Below, piece after piece: positions 9,833 through 19,597 of a stretch of 64,000 nucleotides of DNA. The position numbers and the translations under genes were made by a program. Position 1 is the stretch's first letter, and every line of letters begins with the position of its first letter. Origin of the DNA: Alphaproteobacteria bacterium (lineage in GTDB: Bacteria > Pseudomonadota > Alphaproteobacteria > SP197); contig OZ245842.1 in NCBI GenBank assembly GCA_965228895.1, positions 1,888,001 through 1,952,000 on the forward strand, read 5' to 3'. Under the pieces are notes generated by a model that worked only from the letters and a program-made list of their open reading frames with translations, did no database searches and was not told the DNA's origin.

Positions 9833-9979
9833 GTGCCGCGAGTTTCCCCGTCTATTCGCCCCGGTCTCTCGCCGCGGAGTATAGCGACCGCGACGATTGT
9901 CACCAGCCCTGTCATTCCCCCTTGATGTTCGGCGTTTCTGCGGCCAGCATCCCGCGCCCAATTGATGTGGGAAAAGCCC

Positions 9980-10408
9980 ATGGACAGCGACAGCGCAGGC
10001 AGACGGCGCGGACGGCGAACCAGCCAGGCGACACTCAGGGTCTGCGTGACCTGCCGGTGGCAGGGGCTGGAGACGCTTGGCGACCCGGATCTGCGGCCCG
10101 GTCAGCACTTGCATGATCTGGTCGTCGCGCGGGCCAGACCCGACCAGCGGGAGCGTGTTCAGGAGATTGTCTGCCTGACCCATTGCCTGAACGCGTGTAA
10201 CGCGGTGGCCATGCAGCGTGGGAAAACACCGCTGTTGATGACCCAAATGGCGCCTGATGAGGACACGGCAGACGCGCTCCTCGCCATGCTCGATGCTTAC
10301 GGTGAGAGCGCCGATGGTGTTGTCGCGGGCGGCGATGTGCCCGCCGCCATTCCACTTGCCCGTCCGCTCGTGCCGCCACGCAAGACGCGCCAAGCTGACG
10401 CAGAGTAG
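9980..10408 (+). CDS. DUF1636-like Cys-containing putative metal-binding protein
   Basis: LRVCVTCR, CLTHCLNAC and Y.ESADG pattern resemble DUF1636. Confidence 0.7.
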   Translation: MDSDSAGRRRGRRTSQATLRVCVTCRWQGLETLGDPDLRPGQHLHDLVVARARPDQRERVQEIVCLTHCLNACNAVAMQRGKTPLLMTQMAPDEDTADALLAMLDAYGESADGVVAGGDVPAAIPLARPLVPPRKTRQADAE

Positions 10409-10413
10409 GCCCT

Positions 10414-11973
10414 GTGTCCTACCGCAAGAGCGAGCATCTCAAACAGAAGCACCGCCGTATTGACGGATGGTCCGACTTCAAGCACCCGGAACTCGCTGCG
10501 TTCGGAATCACCGGCCAAGACGTCGTTGCCTTGGAGCATGCGATCTATGGGCAGATCGTTCCTCCCGAGGACGCCGATTACGATCTGGCGCGCCAAGTCC
10601 ACGAGCCGTCGTTTCAGAATTACCCGCTGCTGATTGTCTACTGCGAAACGCCGGGCGATGTGCGTCATTGCCTCGCCTTCGCCAAGCAGCATGATCTCAG
10701 AGTCACCTGTCGTTCCGGTGGCCATAACACGGCCGGCTATTCTGTCGGCAACGATGCGTTGGTGATCGACACCAGCAGGATGCAGTACGTCCACTTGTCG
10801 CGCGACGGCGGCGATCTGCCTGTTGCGCATATCGGTGCCGGCAGCCAATGGGGTTACATCGGCGCCGTGCTCGACAGCCATGGCCTGCATGTCCCTGGTG
10901 GCGCCTGCGAGAGCGTGTGCGTCGCCGGCTACATGCAGGGCGGCGGCTACAGCTTTACCTCGCGCATGTATGGCATGAATTGCGACAATGTCATTGCCGT
11001 CAAGGTCATGTTGGCTGACGGCCGGATCGTGATCGCCAACCAGCAGCAGAACGTCCCCCTGTTCTGGGCAATCCGGGGCGGTACCGGCAACAACTTTGGT
11101 GTGCTCCTGGAGATCAGCTATCAGGTTCAGCGGCCGGATCCCCTGTGGGGTTTCAGCATTCGCTGGGAGATCGACGATGCGCCCCGGGCAATCGTCGACA
11201 TGCAAGACGGCTACATGAAGACCAACCCGTCGCGATTGATCGGGTTTGAGACCCAGGGCATTGTCATAGACGGTCGGCAGGTCCTGCAGATGCGCGGTAT
11301 GGTGCGCGGGTCCGACGCCGAGGCGCTCACCGTCCTCCAGCCCATGCTGGCAACACCCGGCGCCCATCTCGAGTACGGGTTTCCCAGCAGCTACTACGAG
11401 CTCAATCGCCGCCACGATATCGGGTTTCCCGCGGCCATGCCGACCGGCATCAAGGAGGACAAACAATCGGGCTACTTACGCGCGCCGCTATCGCTCGCCG
11501 AATGGGAGAGCGTGATCGACATGTTTAAGCGCACGCCCAATCCTTACAGCATTTTCAACATCGAGGCCTATGGTGCGGCAATCAACGACGTCGCGGTCGG
11601 CGCCAACGCATTCATCCACCGCGACACCTATTGCGACTTTTACCTTGATGTCTTCTGGGTCGATGAAGCCGATCGCGCGACAGCGGTGCGGTACCTCGAT
11701 GACTTTATGGCTTTGATGCAGCCGTTCTTCGACAGGCCCGACGGGCGCCCGCAGTCCAACCAAAACTATCCGCGCGCGACCCAGACGAACTATCTGGATC
11801 TCTACTTCGATGGTTTCATTCGGGATCTGGTGGCGGCCAAACGCCTTTACGATCCCCAGAACCGTTTTCGGTATGAGCAGGGTGTTCCGCTTGATTGTCC
11901 TGCGGACACGCGCGTTGATCCGGCATCGCCCGGTTTCAACGGCAATGAGGCGATTGTCGCGGAGGAATTCTAA
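10414..11973 (+). CDS. FAD-linked oxidase, VAO/BBE family (FAD_binding_4 + BBE)
   Basis: RSGGH covalent-FAD motif, PGGAC, LFWAIRGG..NNFG, NY, and K..YDP.N.F C-terminal BBE motif. Confidence 0.9.
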   Translation: MSYRKSEHLKQKHRRIDGWSDFKHPELAAFGITGQDVVALEHAIYGQIVPPEDADYDLARQVHEPSFQNYPLLIVYCETPGDVRHCLAFAKQHDLRVTCRSGGHNTAGYSVGNDALVIDTSRMQYVHLSRDGGDLPVAHIGAGSQWGYIGAVLDSHGLHVPGGACESVCVAGYMQGGGYSFTSRMYGMNCDNVIAVKVMLADGRIVIANQQQNVPLFWAIRGGTGNNFGVLLEISYQVQRPDPLWGFSIRWEIDDAPRAIVDMQDGYMKTNPSRLIGFETQGIVIDGRQVLQMRGMVRGSDAEALTVLQPMLATPGAHLEYGFPSSYYELNRRHDIGFPAAMPTGIKEDKQSGYLRAPLSLAEWESVIDMFKRTPNPYSIFNIEAYGAAINDVAVGANAFIHRDTYCDFYLDVFWVDEADRATAVRYLDDFMALMQPFFDRPDGRPQSNQNYPRATQTNYLDLYFDGFIRDLVAAKRLYDPQNRFRYEQGVPLDCPADTRVDPASPGFNGNEAIVAEEF

Positions 11974-12006
11974 GGTTGCAGTAAGCCCGGCGCGCGGCCC
12001 CTCTGC

Positions 12007-12972
12007 CTAGCCGTTGACCAATCTGCCGAGACGCACAGCAGTCTTGCCCTTCACCGGTTCGCGTGCCGGCATCACCATGACGCAGTCGTCATAGGGCGTC
12101 CGGACCTCATTCCCGCCGTCGGTGCCGATCAGCGTGCCGGCTTCAGGCACGATCTCGAAACCCTCGAAGACACGGTCAAACACGAAGTCGTCGGTTTCGA
12201 TCGTGACCGGGCCGGTCACCTCGATGAAGAGCTGGTCGGGCTGCGAGGAGGTGTCCAGGTGCTTGTCCAGCGTCGCGTCGTCAAGCGCGTCGAAGTGGTT
12301 GAGGAACCGTAGCGACGTCTGGATCGCGATATCGACGGCCTCGGGGAAGAAGTGATAACCGCACTCGACCAGCATCGCCGCATTCGGCAGGTCGGGGTCG
12401 TCGAAGGCCGCATAGTCGCGCAATCGTTTACCTGCCGCGTGTCCGGCGTCGATGACCACGTGGACCGGTGCGCCGATACCCTTGGCGAGCGCCGCGCCCT
12501 TCTTACAGGTGCCGGCCAGCAGCATGGCGGGCTGCGGAATTTCGACCGAGTGGATGTCGAGCAGGTGGTCGGCCCTATCGACCACCGGCCGCAGTTCACG
12601 GGCCCGGGTAAGGTCCAGGCTCTGGCGTGGCCCTTCAAGGGTCTCTTCGTTCCACAATCGGTTGAAGTCTTCATCCTGAAACCTTGAAATAAAAGGATAA
12701 TTCGGATCGAAATTTTCGTAGGCGCCGACATTGGCGAAGGACAAGGTCAGCTTGCCCCGGGTGGTCCGGATGTTCTCCTCGAACAGGAATTTTAGCGCAT
12801 GGGCGCCGCACAGCTCGTTGCCGTGGGTGATCGCGTTGATCATCAGGTGCGGACCTGGCTTGCCGCTGTCGAACGTGGTGACGTAGTCGACACCTGTGTT
12901 GCCCGCCCTATAGGGCGTGATATCGCAGGGCATCAGGTGGACCCCATGGGGGGCGATAGGCGATGCGGTCAT
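12007..12972 (-). CDS. Succinylglutamate desuccinylase/aspartoacylase family (M14-like)
   Basis: HGNE, DFNR, LDIH and ECG motifs. Confidence 0.85.
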   Translation of the reverse strand: MTASPIAPHGVHLMPCDITPYRAGNTGVDYVTTFDSGKPGPHLMINAITHGNELCGAHALKFLFEENIRTTRGKLTLSFANVGAYENFDPNYPFISRFQDEDFNRLWNEETLEGPRQSLDLTRARELRPVVDRADHLLDIHSVEIPQPAMLLAGTCKKGAALAKGIGAPVHVVIDAGHAAGKRLRDYAAFDDPDLPNAAMLVECGYHFFPEAVDIAIQTSLRFLNHFDALDDATLDKHLDTSSQPDQLFIEVTGPVTIETDDFVFDRVFEGFEIVPEAGTLIGTDGGNEVRTPYDDCVMVMPAREPVKGKTAVRLGRLVNG

Positions 12973-13007
12973 GATTTTGGACCAAGCTCCAGGACAGGGG
13001 AACCAAG

Positions 13008-13775
13008 CTAATAGGAAAACTGTTCTTTTAGGATGCGTTCTTCGAGATTGTGTTCGGCATCGAACAGCACGCGGACGCTGCGCTCGGGATCTTCGGTGAT
13101 GCGCACCGCCACGACATCGCGGACTTCGGTGAAGTCGGCGACGGCACTGACCGGCCGCTTGTCGGGTTCCAGAACGGTCAGGTCGACGGTGGTGCCAAAG
13201 GGCAGCAGCGCACCGCGCCAGCGCCGTGGCCGAAACGCGCTGATCGGTGTCAGCGCCAGAACCTTGGCGTCGATTGGCACAATTGGACCGTGAGCGGAAA
13301 GGTTGTAGGCGGTGCTGCCAGCCGGCGTCGCCACCAGGACGCCGTCGCAGATGAGCTCATCAATTCGTATCACATCGTCGATGGCGATGCGGATCTTGGC
13401 CGTCTGGCGGGTCTCGCGAAACAGGGCGACTTCGTTGATGGCGATCGCTTCGGTGACCGAGCCATCCTCGGCCGTCGCCATCATGCGCAGCGGGTTCAGC
13501 TTCGTTTCAACCGACTTTTCAATGCGCTCGGGAAGGTTGTCGGCATGGAACTCGTTCATCAAAAAACCGACGCTGCCGCGGTTCATGCCATAGACCGGAA
13601 TGCCGCGGTCCATGAACGCGTGCAGGGTTTCCAGCATGAAACCGTCACCGCCCAGCGCGACGATGACGTCCGCGTTGTCGGGATCGCTGGTGCCGTAGTT
13701 CGCACACAGTTCATCCAGCGCACCTTGGGAGTTATCGGTTGGGCTGGCCACGAAAGCGAGACGTTGCGTGGTCAA
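13008..13775 (-). CDS. nadK: NAD kinase
   Basis: LGGDG, G.VGFL, NE and [21 protein letters not shown] motifs. Confidence 0.95.
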   Translation of the reverse strand: MTTQRLAFVASPTDNSQGALDELCANYGTSDPDNADVIVALGGDGFMLETLHAFMDRGIPVYGMNRGSVGFLMNEFHADNLPERIEKSVETKLNPLRMMATAEDGSVTEAIAINEVALFRETRQTAKIRIAIDDVIRIDELICDGVLVATPAGSTAYNLSAHGPIVPIDAKVLALTPISAFRPRRWRGALLPFGTTVDLTVLEPDKRPVSAVADFTEVRDVVAVRITEDPERSVRVLFDAEHNLEERILKEQFSY

Positions 13776-13914
13776 GATGGGTGCTCCGGGCTGGCAGGGT
13801 ACAGAATCACGCTGGCGTCACTATAGACGAGGCGGCGGCGCGACGCGATGTGATGACATCGCCCGGCGGTGCGGGCACACTTGCACAAGCGCGCTGCCTT
13901 GGAGGTTGTTGATA

Positions 13915-14421
13915 ATGTTGCCCATACGCCTGTTGATCCCTGCCTTCATGGTGGCCTTGATCGTCTCGCTTGCCGGTACCGCTCTTGCCCAGGAAGAGGG
14001 CGAGGACGAAGGCGACCGCCATATCGGGTATTACTATCCGGAGCCTCAGTCGGAGGAAACCTATGTCGCGCGCGCGGTCACGCTGCCCGACAGCGACCGC
14101 TCCAGGCGCCTCGGCTTCGTCACCCTGCTGACCCAGCAGCAGCTCGTGGCGCCCTATTCGCCGTCACTTGCCATGTTCGCCAAGGGCGAGGAAGCCGAGA
14201 AGCTGATCATCGTCGGTCTGCGTGATGGACCCATGGATACGATCTATCGCGCGCGGGGCGTGCTGGCCATGCTGACGGCTTCCGCGCGCACGTCCGAACT
14301 GTTTCGCCAGTATCAGGTGCAGGACATCTTTACCTTCTTCGATCTGCTCAAGCTTCTCGGCTTCGAGCGCTTGACCGTGACCAACGGCAAGGACTTCGCC
14401 CACGTCATCTATATCGAATAG
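13915..14421 (+). CDS. Secreted hypothetical protein (DRHIGYYYP motif)
   Basis: GGAGG RBS at 13901, Sec signal ending ALA-Q, coding-like codon usage, stop 4 nt before hyi. Confidence 0.75.
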   Translation: MLPIRLLIPAFMVALIVSLAGTALAQEEGEDEGDRHIGYYYPEPQSEETYVARAVTLPDSDRSRRLGFVTLLTQQQLVAPYSPSLAMFAKGEEAEKLIIVGLRDGPMDTIYRARGVLAMLTASARTSELFRQYQVQDIFTFFDLLKLLGFERLTVTNGKDFAHVIYIE

Positions 14422-14424
14422 GCG

Positions 14425-15198
14425 ATGACCCGTTTCTCCGCCAACCTGGGCTTCATGTTCGGCGAGCATGCGTTTCTGGATCGCTTCGATGCTGCGGCGC
14501 GTGCCGGTTTCAAGGCCGTCGAGTTTCCATCGCCTTATGCGCATGACGCCGACGATGTCGCGAAGGCGGCGCGCGATGCGGCGGTCCAGGTGGTTCTGAT
14601 CAACCTGCCGGCTGGCGATGAAGACAAAGGCGATGTCGGCCTGACCGGCGTGCCGGGCCGCGAAGCGGACTACGCCGAGACTCTCGGCTTGGCTTTGACC
14701 TACGCCGCCGCATTGGACTGCCCGCGCCTCCACACCATGGCGGGCATCGTGCCGGATGGTCTGAGAGACGACGACTGCATGGGCGTATTCGCGGACAACT
14801 TGGCCAAGGCGTGCGCGGCGGCGGGCGAGCAGGGGCGCGACATCATGATCGAGCCGATCAACCGCCTTGATGTGCCCGGCTACATTCTGTCTTACCAGGA
14901 CCAGGCGCGGGAGTTGATCGAGGCGGTGCGGGCGCCCAATCTAAAGCTCCAGTTCGATGTCTATCACTGCCAGATTATGCAAGGCGATCTGGTGCGCAAC
15001 TTCGAGCGCCTTTTGCCGCTGATCGGTCACGTACAGATATCCGACAACCCCGGCCGCCACGAGCCGGGCACCGGCGAGATCAACTACCGCTATCTGATCC
15101 CCGAGTTCGCACGGCTGGGCTATGACGGCTGGATTGGCTGCGAGTATGTGCCCCAAATCAATACCGAAGCCGGACTTGGTTGGATGACGGCCTTTTAG
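14425..15198 (+). CDS. hyi: Hydroxypyruvate isomerase family (Hyi/OtnI)
   Basis: RFSANL..MF, EPIN, QFDVYHCQI, HVQI.D.PGRHEPGTGEIN and GCEY motifs. Confidence 0.9.
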   Translation: MTRFSANLGFMFGEHAFLDRFDAAARAGFKAVEFPSPYAHDADDVAKAARDAAVQVVLINLPAGDEDKGDVGLTGVPGREADYAETLGLALTYAAALDCPRLHTMAGIVPDGLRDDDCMGVFADNLAKACAAAGEQGRDIMIEPINRLDVPGYILSYQDQARELIEAVRAPNLKLQFDVYHCQIMQGDLVRNFERLLPLIGHVQISDNPGRHEPGTGEINYRYLIPEFARLGYDGWIGCEYVPQINTEAGLGWMTAF

Positions 15199-15334
15199 AG
15201 CGGATCATGGTTGGATGGAACCGCTTGACGGTCCCATCCAACCATGTGAATCCGCTCTTTATCGATGACTAGAGCAGATTCACCTGTTTTGATGTCATCG
15301 CGAAGCGATTCCATCAAAACAGGATCTGCTCTAG
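15196..15334. repeat. CIR/RIME1-like double-hairpin intergenic element with GANTC sites
   Basis: Two long imperfect inverted repeats (15197-15258 and 15269-15334); ends TAGAGC...GCTCTA; GANTC at 15248, 15277 and 15307. Confidence 0.85.
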
Positions 15335-15349
15335 GCGCTTGCTGACACC

Positions 15350-17422
15350 TTAAACGGCCGTGTCGAGATCAATGTATTCGCGGCGAAATGGTATGTCGGG
15401 ATTTGCTGGTGGCGAGTCCATCTCGCGAGCCGCTCGATGTCCGTCATGCACGGCGACGGCGATGATCGACGGAACATCGCAATCGCCAATCGCCTGGAGG
15501 GATTTGATGCCGGCCTCTTCGAGCTTTTCGCTTTCCTCGTCGAGAGCGCGGTAGAGGGCATCGTTGGGCTGACGGGACGTCACCATCACCACCGATTGGG
15601 CGGTGAGCGTGCGGGACCGAGAGGAGTACGCGCACGCGATTTCGACTGTGCCGTCACCAATTGCCTGAAGATTATGGCTGACGATGACCTCGATACCGAG
15701 CTCCAGCAGCCTCGACTGAATGCGATGCTGTTCCAGCGTGTTCTCCGTCCACGATGAAACACATGTCGCGGTGGTCACCAGGATCACGTCATGACCATCG
15801 TTGCGCAGCTTCTCAGCCACCACGCCGCCCATATAGAAGTTGTCATCATCGAATACGACGACCGGTCCGGTGATTTCCGCCCCTGCAATGACATCCTCGG
15901 GCGTGAAGACGCTGCTGCCGTTGGCACCGGGGATCGGCGCGGTGTTGGTGATGCCGACGCCGTCCTTTCGCCAGTGCGCCCCGGTGGCGACGATCACGTG
16001 ATCGAAACCGAACTCCAGAACATTTTCCGGCGTCAGGGCGCTATCCAGATAGACCTCGACATTCGGCATGTCCTGGATGCGGCCGACGCGCCAGTCGCGG
16101 ACGCGCGCCCAGGCGGAAAGGCCGGGCAGGCTGCTTTCCATGGTGACCCTGCCGCCGAGCTCAGTTGATGCCTCGGCCAGGGCGACCCGGTAGCCACGTT
16201 GGCCGAGCGCCCGCGCCGCTTCCAGGCCGGCCGGGCCGGCACCGACGACGAGGACGCCGTCGTCGGAACCCTTGTCGGCGATATCCTGGGGATGCCAGCC
16301 GCGCGACCACTCTTCGCCCATGGTCGGGTTCTGGGTGCAGCGCATGGGTGTCGACGTATGTTGACCGGCAACGCAGATGTTGCAGCCGATGCACTCGCGG
16401 ATTTCGTCGGCCCGGCCTTGCTCGATCTTCTTTGGCAAAAACGGATCGGCAATGGACGGCCGGGCGGCTCCGATCATGTCGATGATACCGCGCTTGATCT
16501 GGCTGACCATGGTGTCGGGGGAAGTGAACCAGCCGACGCCGACAACGGGTTTCGTCGTCACCGACTTGACGAAGGCGATATGTGACTCCTGGATGGTCTC
16601 CTCGCCGAACCGCGAGGTCACGGAATCATTCGCCCAGTCGGAGACGTTGACGTCCCAAAGGTCGGGCAACTCGGCCAGCATTTCGACGATCTCGCGACCT
16701 TCACCGTCGCTGGTAATGCCTTCGTCGCCGAGCAACTCGTCGACCGCGAGGCGGATGGCAATACCGCAGCGGTCACCGACCGCGTCCTTGGTGTCCTCGA
16801 TGACCTCGCGCAACAGGCGGACCCGGTTCTCCAGACTGCCGCCATACTCGTCGGTCCGATGGTTGCGGCGCATCTGCAGGAAGTGCATCAGCAGGGTCGA
16901 GTCGTGGCCTGCGTAGACATAGATGACATCGGTATCGGCCTGCTTGGCCCTGAGTGCCGCATTGCGGTGCCAGCGGCGGAATTCGCGAATGTCCGACTTG
17001 TCCATCCCCCGGGTCTGCGTCGGCAGGCCAATGATGCCCGCCTGGTGCGAGGGACCAAACGGTTTCATGCGCGTCCATAGGTTCTGGGTGCCGACCCCGT
17101 TATGGGCCAGTTCGACACCGGCCAGGGCATCGTGGCGGTGAACGGCATCATTCATCAGGGCCAGGCACTTGACGTCATAGTCGTCCCACAGCCGGGCCTG
17201 GGGCTCCGGCGAATAGTCCGACGACGGATGAATCATGCACTCCTCGGTGCAGACGACGGCCCAACCGCCCTCTGCCTTTATCTCGCGCATCTTGGCGTGG
17301 GTCTGGGGCCAGTTGAAGCCCATGCCGCAGCAGTGGGGTACCTGGTAGAATCGGTTTTTGGCCGTGACCGGGCCAATCGTCACGGATTCAAACAAGATGT
17401 CGTATCGGGGATCACGTGTCAT
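15350..17422 (-). CDS. Histamine/trimethylamine dehydrogenase-like FMN/[4Fe-4S] oxidoreductase
   Basis: NRFYQVPHC (covalent FMN Cys), RTDEYGGSLENR, CIGCNIC...C and GAGPAG motifs. Confidence 0.9.
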   Translation of the reverse strand: MTRDPRYDILFESVTIGPVTAKNRFYQVPHCCGMGFNWPQTHAKMREIKAEGGWAVVCTEECMIHPSSDYSPEPQARLWDDYDVKCLALMNDAVHRHDALAGVELAHNGVGTQNLWTRMKPFGPSHQAGIIGLPTQTRGMDKSDIREFRRWHRNAALRAKQADTDVIYVYAGHDSTLLMHFLQMRRNHRTDEYGGSLENRVRLLREVIEDTKDAVGDRCGIAIRLAVDELLGDEGITSDGEGREIVEMLAELPDLWDVNVSDWANDSVTSRFGEETIQESHIAFVKSVTTKPVVGVGWFTSPDTMVSQIKRGIIDMIGAARPSIADPFLPKKIEQGRADEIRECIGCNICVAGQHTSTPMRCTQNPTMGEEWSRGWHPQDIADKGSDDGVLVVGAGPAGLEAARALGQRGYRVALAEASTELGGRVTMESSLPGLSAWARVRDWRVGRIQDMPNVEVYLDSALTPENVLEFGFDHVIVATGAHWRKDGVGITNTAPIPGANGSSVFTPEDVIAGAEITGPVVVFDDDNFYMGGVVAEKLRNDGHDVILVTTATCVSSWTENTLEQHRIQSRLLELGIEVIVSHNLQAIGDGTVEIACAYSSRSRTLTAQSVVMVTSRQPNDALYRALDEESEKLEEAGIKSLQAIGDCDVPSIIAVAVHDGHRAAREMDSPPANPDIPFRREYIDLDTAV

Positions 17423-17630
17423 CCAGTACTCCAGCGGTCGCCACGAAAGACAGGATTGCCCATTGCAGCCACCAAGTGTGAACTGTTTCAGACGATAAGA
17501 CTGTCGTCATCAAACTCATTGTTCAACGACGCAGCTCTCTCTCATGTCACTTGGGTGCCCGACAGGTATGCGCCGTCGCAGGTGCCTTGCTGACTACGTG
17601 AGCGACAGGTGCGGAATGCGGACGGTATAT

Positions 17631-18626
17631 CTAACCGCCGGTGACGCTCATGTGGCGTCCGACCGCAGGTTTGTTGTGGCGGCGGTCGATGACGAAGTCG
17701 TGGCCCTTGGGTTTGCGCGAGATCGCTTCGTGGATGGCGTCGATCAGGGGCCCATCGCTTTCGCTGGCGCGCAACGGCGTCTTCAGGTCGGCTGCGTCGT
17801 CTTGGCCCAGGCACATGTAAAGCGTGCCGGTGCAGGTCAGCCGGACCCGGTTGCAGCTCTCGCAGAAGTTATGAGTCATCGGCGTGATGAAGCCGAGCTT
17901 TTGTCCGGTCTCGCCGATCTCCATGTAACGCGCCGGTCCGCCGGTACGGTAGGGGATATCGGTCAACGTCCAGTTCTTCTTCAAGCGGCTTCTGACGACC
18001 GAGAGCGGCAGGTACTGATCGGTCCGGTCGCCGTCGATATCGCCCAGCGGCATGGTCTCGATCAAGGTCAGGTCGAAGCCGTTCTCGCCACACCATGCGA
18101 TCATGGTGTCGAACTCGTCCTCGTTGACGCCCTTCAGCGCGACCGCGTTGATCTTGACCGCGAGGCCGGCGGCCTTCGCCGCATTGAGGCCGTCCATCAC
18201 CTTCTCGAAGTGGCCCCAGCGGGTGATCGCCTTAAACTTCACTGCATCGAGCGTGTCGAGGGAGATGTTCACGCGCCGGACACCGGCGGCATAGAGGTCT
18301 TCGGAAAACCGCGAAAGTTGACTGCCGTTGGTCGTCACGGTCAGCTCTTCGAGGCCATTGCCCAAGTGGCTGCCGATGCCGTTGAAGAGCTGCATGATAC
18401 CCTTGCGGACCAGGGGTTCGCCGCCGGTCATGCGGATCTTTTCGACACCGAGCTCGATGAACGCCGCAGCGACGCGCTCAAGCTCCTCAAGCGTCAGGAG
18501 ATCCTTCTTCGGCAGGAACGTCATGTCCTCGGACATGCAGTAAACGCAACGGAAGTCGCAGCGATCCGTCACCGACATACGGATATAGGAAATCTCGCGT
18601 CCGAAAGGGTCGACCAGTCTGCTCAT
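17631..18626 (-). CDS. moaA: GTP 3',8-cyclase MoaA
   Basis: CDFRCVYC radical-SAM motif, [14 protein letters not shown] and C-terminal MSVTGG. Confidence 0.97.
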   Translation of the reverse strand: MSRLVDPFGREISYIRMSVTDRCDFRCVYCMSEDMTFLPKKDLLTLEELERVAAAFIELGVEKIRMTGGEPLVRKGIMQLFNGIGSHLGNGLEELTVTTNGSQLSRFSEDLYAAGVRRVNISLDTLDAVKFKAITRWGHFEKVMDGLNAAKAAGLAVKINAVALKGVNEDEFDTMIAWCGENGFDLTLIETMPLGDIDGDRTDQYLPLSVVRSRLKKNWTLTDIPYRTGGPARYMEIGETGQKLGFITPMTHNFCESCNRVRLTCTGTLYMCLGQDDAADLKTPLRASESDGPLIDAIHEAISRKPKGHDFVIDRRHNKPAVGRHMSVTGG

Positions 18627-18721
18627 GTCCCGCCCTGGTAGGGGATTAACGAAATCATTGGCTTTCTTATATATGCGAGCCGTTCAGCCCACACAACCAG
18701 ACTGTTTTTGGGGTTTTGATC

Positions 18722-19357
18722 TTAAGAAACCCGCCACACCCAGCAGCGATGACGGATGTGCGGCTCGGAGTTGATCGACGGGAAGGGCTCGCCCGCCTCG
18801 ACCAACTGCCATTGGCCCGACTGTTGAAGCTCCTGCTGCTTGCCGGCGAAATCCGGCGGCTCCTCATCGGCGCGCAGGGTGTAGAGGATCAAGCCGCCCG
18901 GCTTCGTGATCCGCACCAATTCGTCCAGCGACGATGCCGGCGCGTGATTGGGCGTGAACACGCCGCACACCGTCACGGCGTCGTAGGTGTCGCTGTCGTA
19001 GGGCAGGGGCTTGCCCAGCTCCATGACCCGGCAGTCACGGTAGATGCCCTTCGCCCGGGCCACCTTCAGCATGCCGTCCGACAGATCGTTGGCGTCCATC
19101 GTGGTGAACCCCTTGTCAGCGAGGCGGTCCCCCAGCATGCCGGTGCCGGCGCCGGCATCACACAACGTCGCGGCGGGATCGACGTGGCGAGCGACGACTT
19201 CGGCAAGCTCGATGTGCCCGCACCAGCCGACATCGCTTTCCATGGCTGCGTCGTAAACGGCTGCAGCATCGTCATAGCGATCGATGAGCTGATCCTGGTC
19301 CTTGGCCTGATAGAACACCTTTGGATCGGCTTTAGCGTGTTTCGGACTAACGGCCAT
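18722..19357 (-). CDS. Class I SAM-dependent methyltransferase
   Basis: DAGAGTG, DLS..ML..A..K and R..KPGG motifs. Confidence 0.88.
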   Translation of the reverse strand: MAVSPKHAKADPKVFYQAKDQDQLIDRYDDAAAVYDAAMESDVGWCGHIELAEVVARHVDPAATLCDAGAGTGMLGDRLADKGFTTMDANDLSDGMLKVARAKGIYRDCRVMELGKPLPYDSDTYDAVTVCGVFTPNHAPASSLDELVRITKPGGLILYTLRADEEPPDFAGKQQELQQSGQWQLVEAGEPFPSINSEPHIRHRCWVWRVS

Positions 19358-19597
19358 AGCGATCTCCTGGGGTGTGGGGCGACTGCCAACAGTTTTGGTC
19401 CGCTTACCCGTTATTGCAAATTGCTTTTACAAGCGGCTCCTGCTTAGGTTCTTCCGCCGCAAGGGCAGGGACAAGCATGACAGCCAAGAATGAGACCACG
19501 GTCGGCGGACCGCGCGCACCCGATACCGGTTTTCTGTTCCGCCAATAGGCGGCCCGAGGCGAACCCACCCCATACCGAGACGTTACGAGATACGCAC

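Noticed and set aside
9833-10393. Long N-terminal extension of the MlaE ORF
   Set aside because: It is antisense to the DUF1636 gene, and permease homology begins near 9832.
18627-18721. Moco riboswitch or ModE box upstream of moaA
   Set aside because: Too short and unstructured for a riboswitch. Only one TATATA-like half-site is present, better explained as a -10 element.
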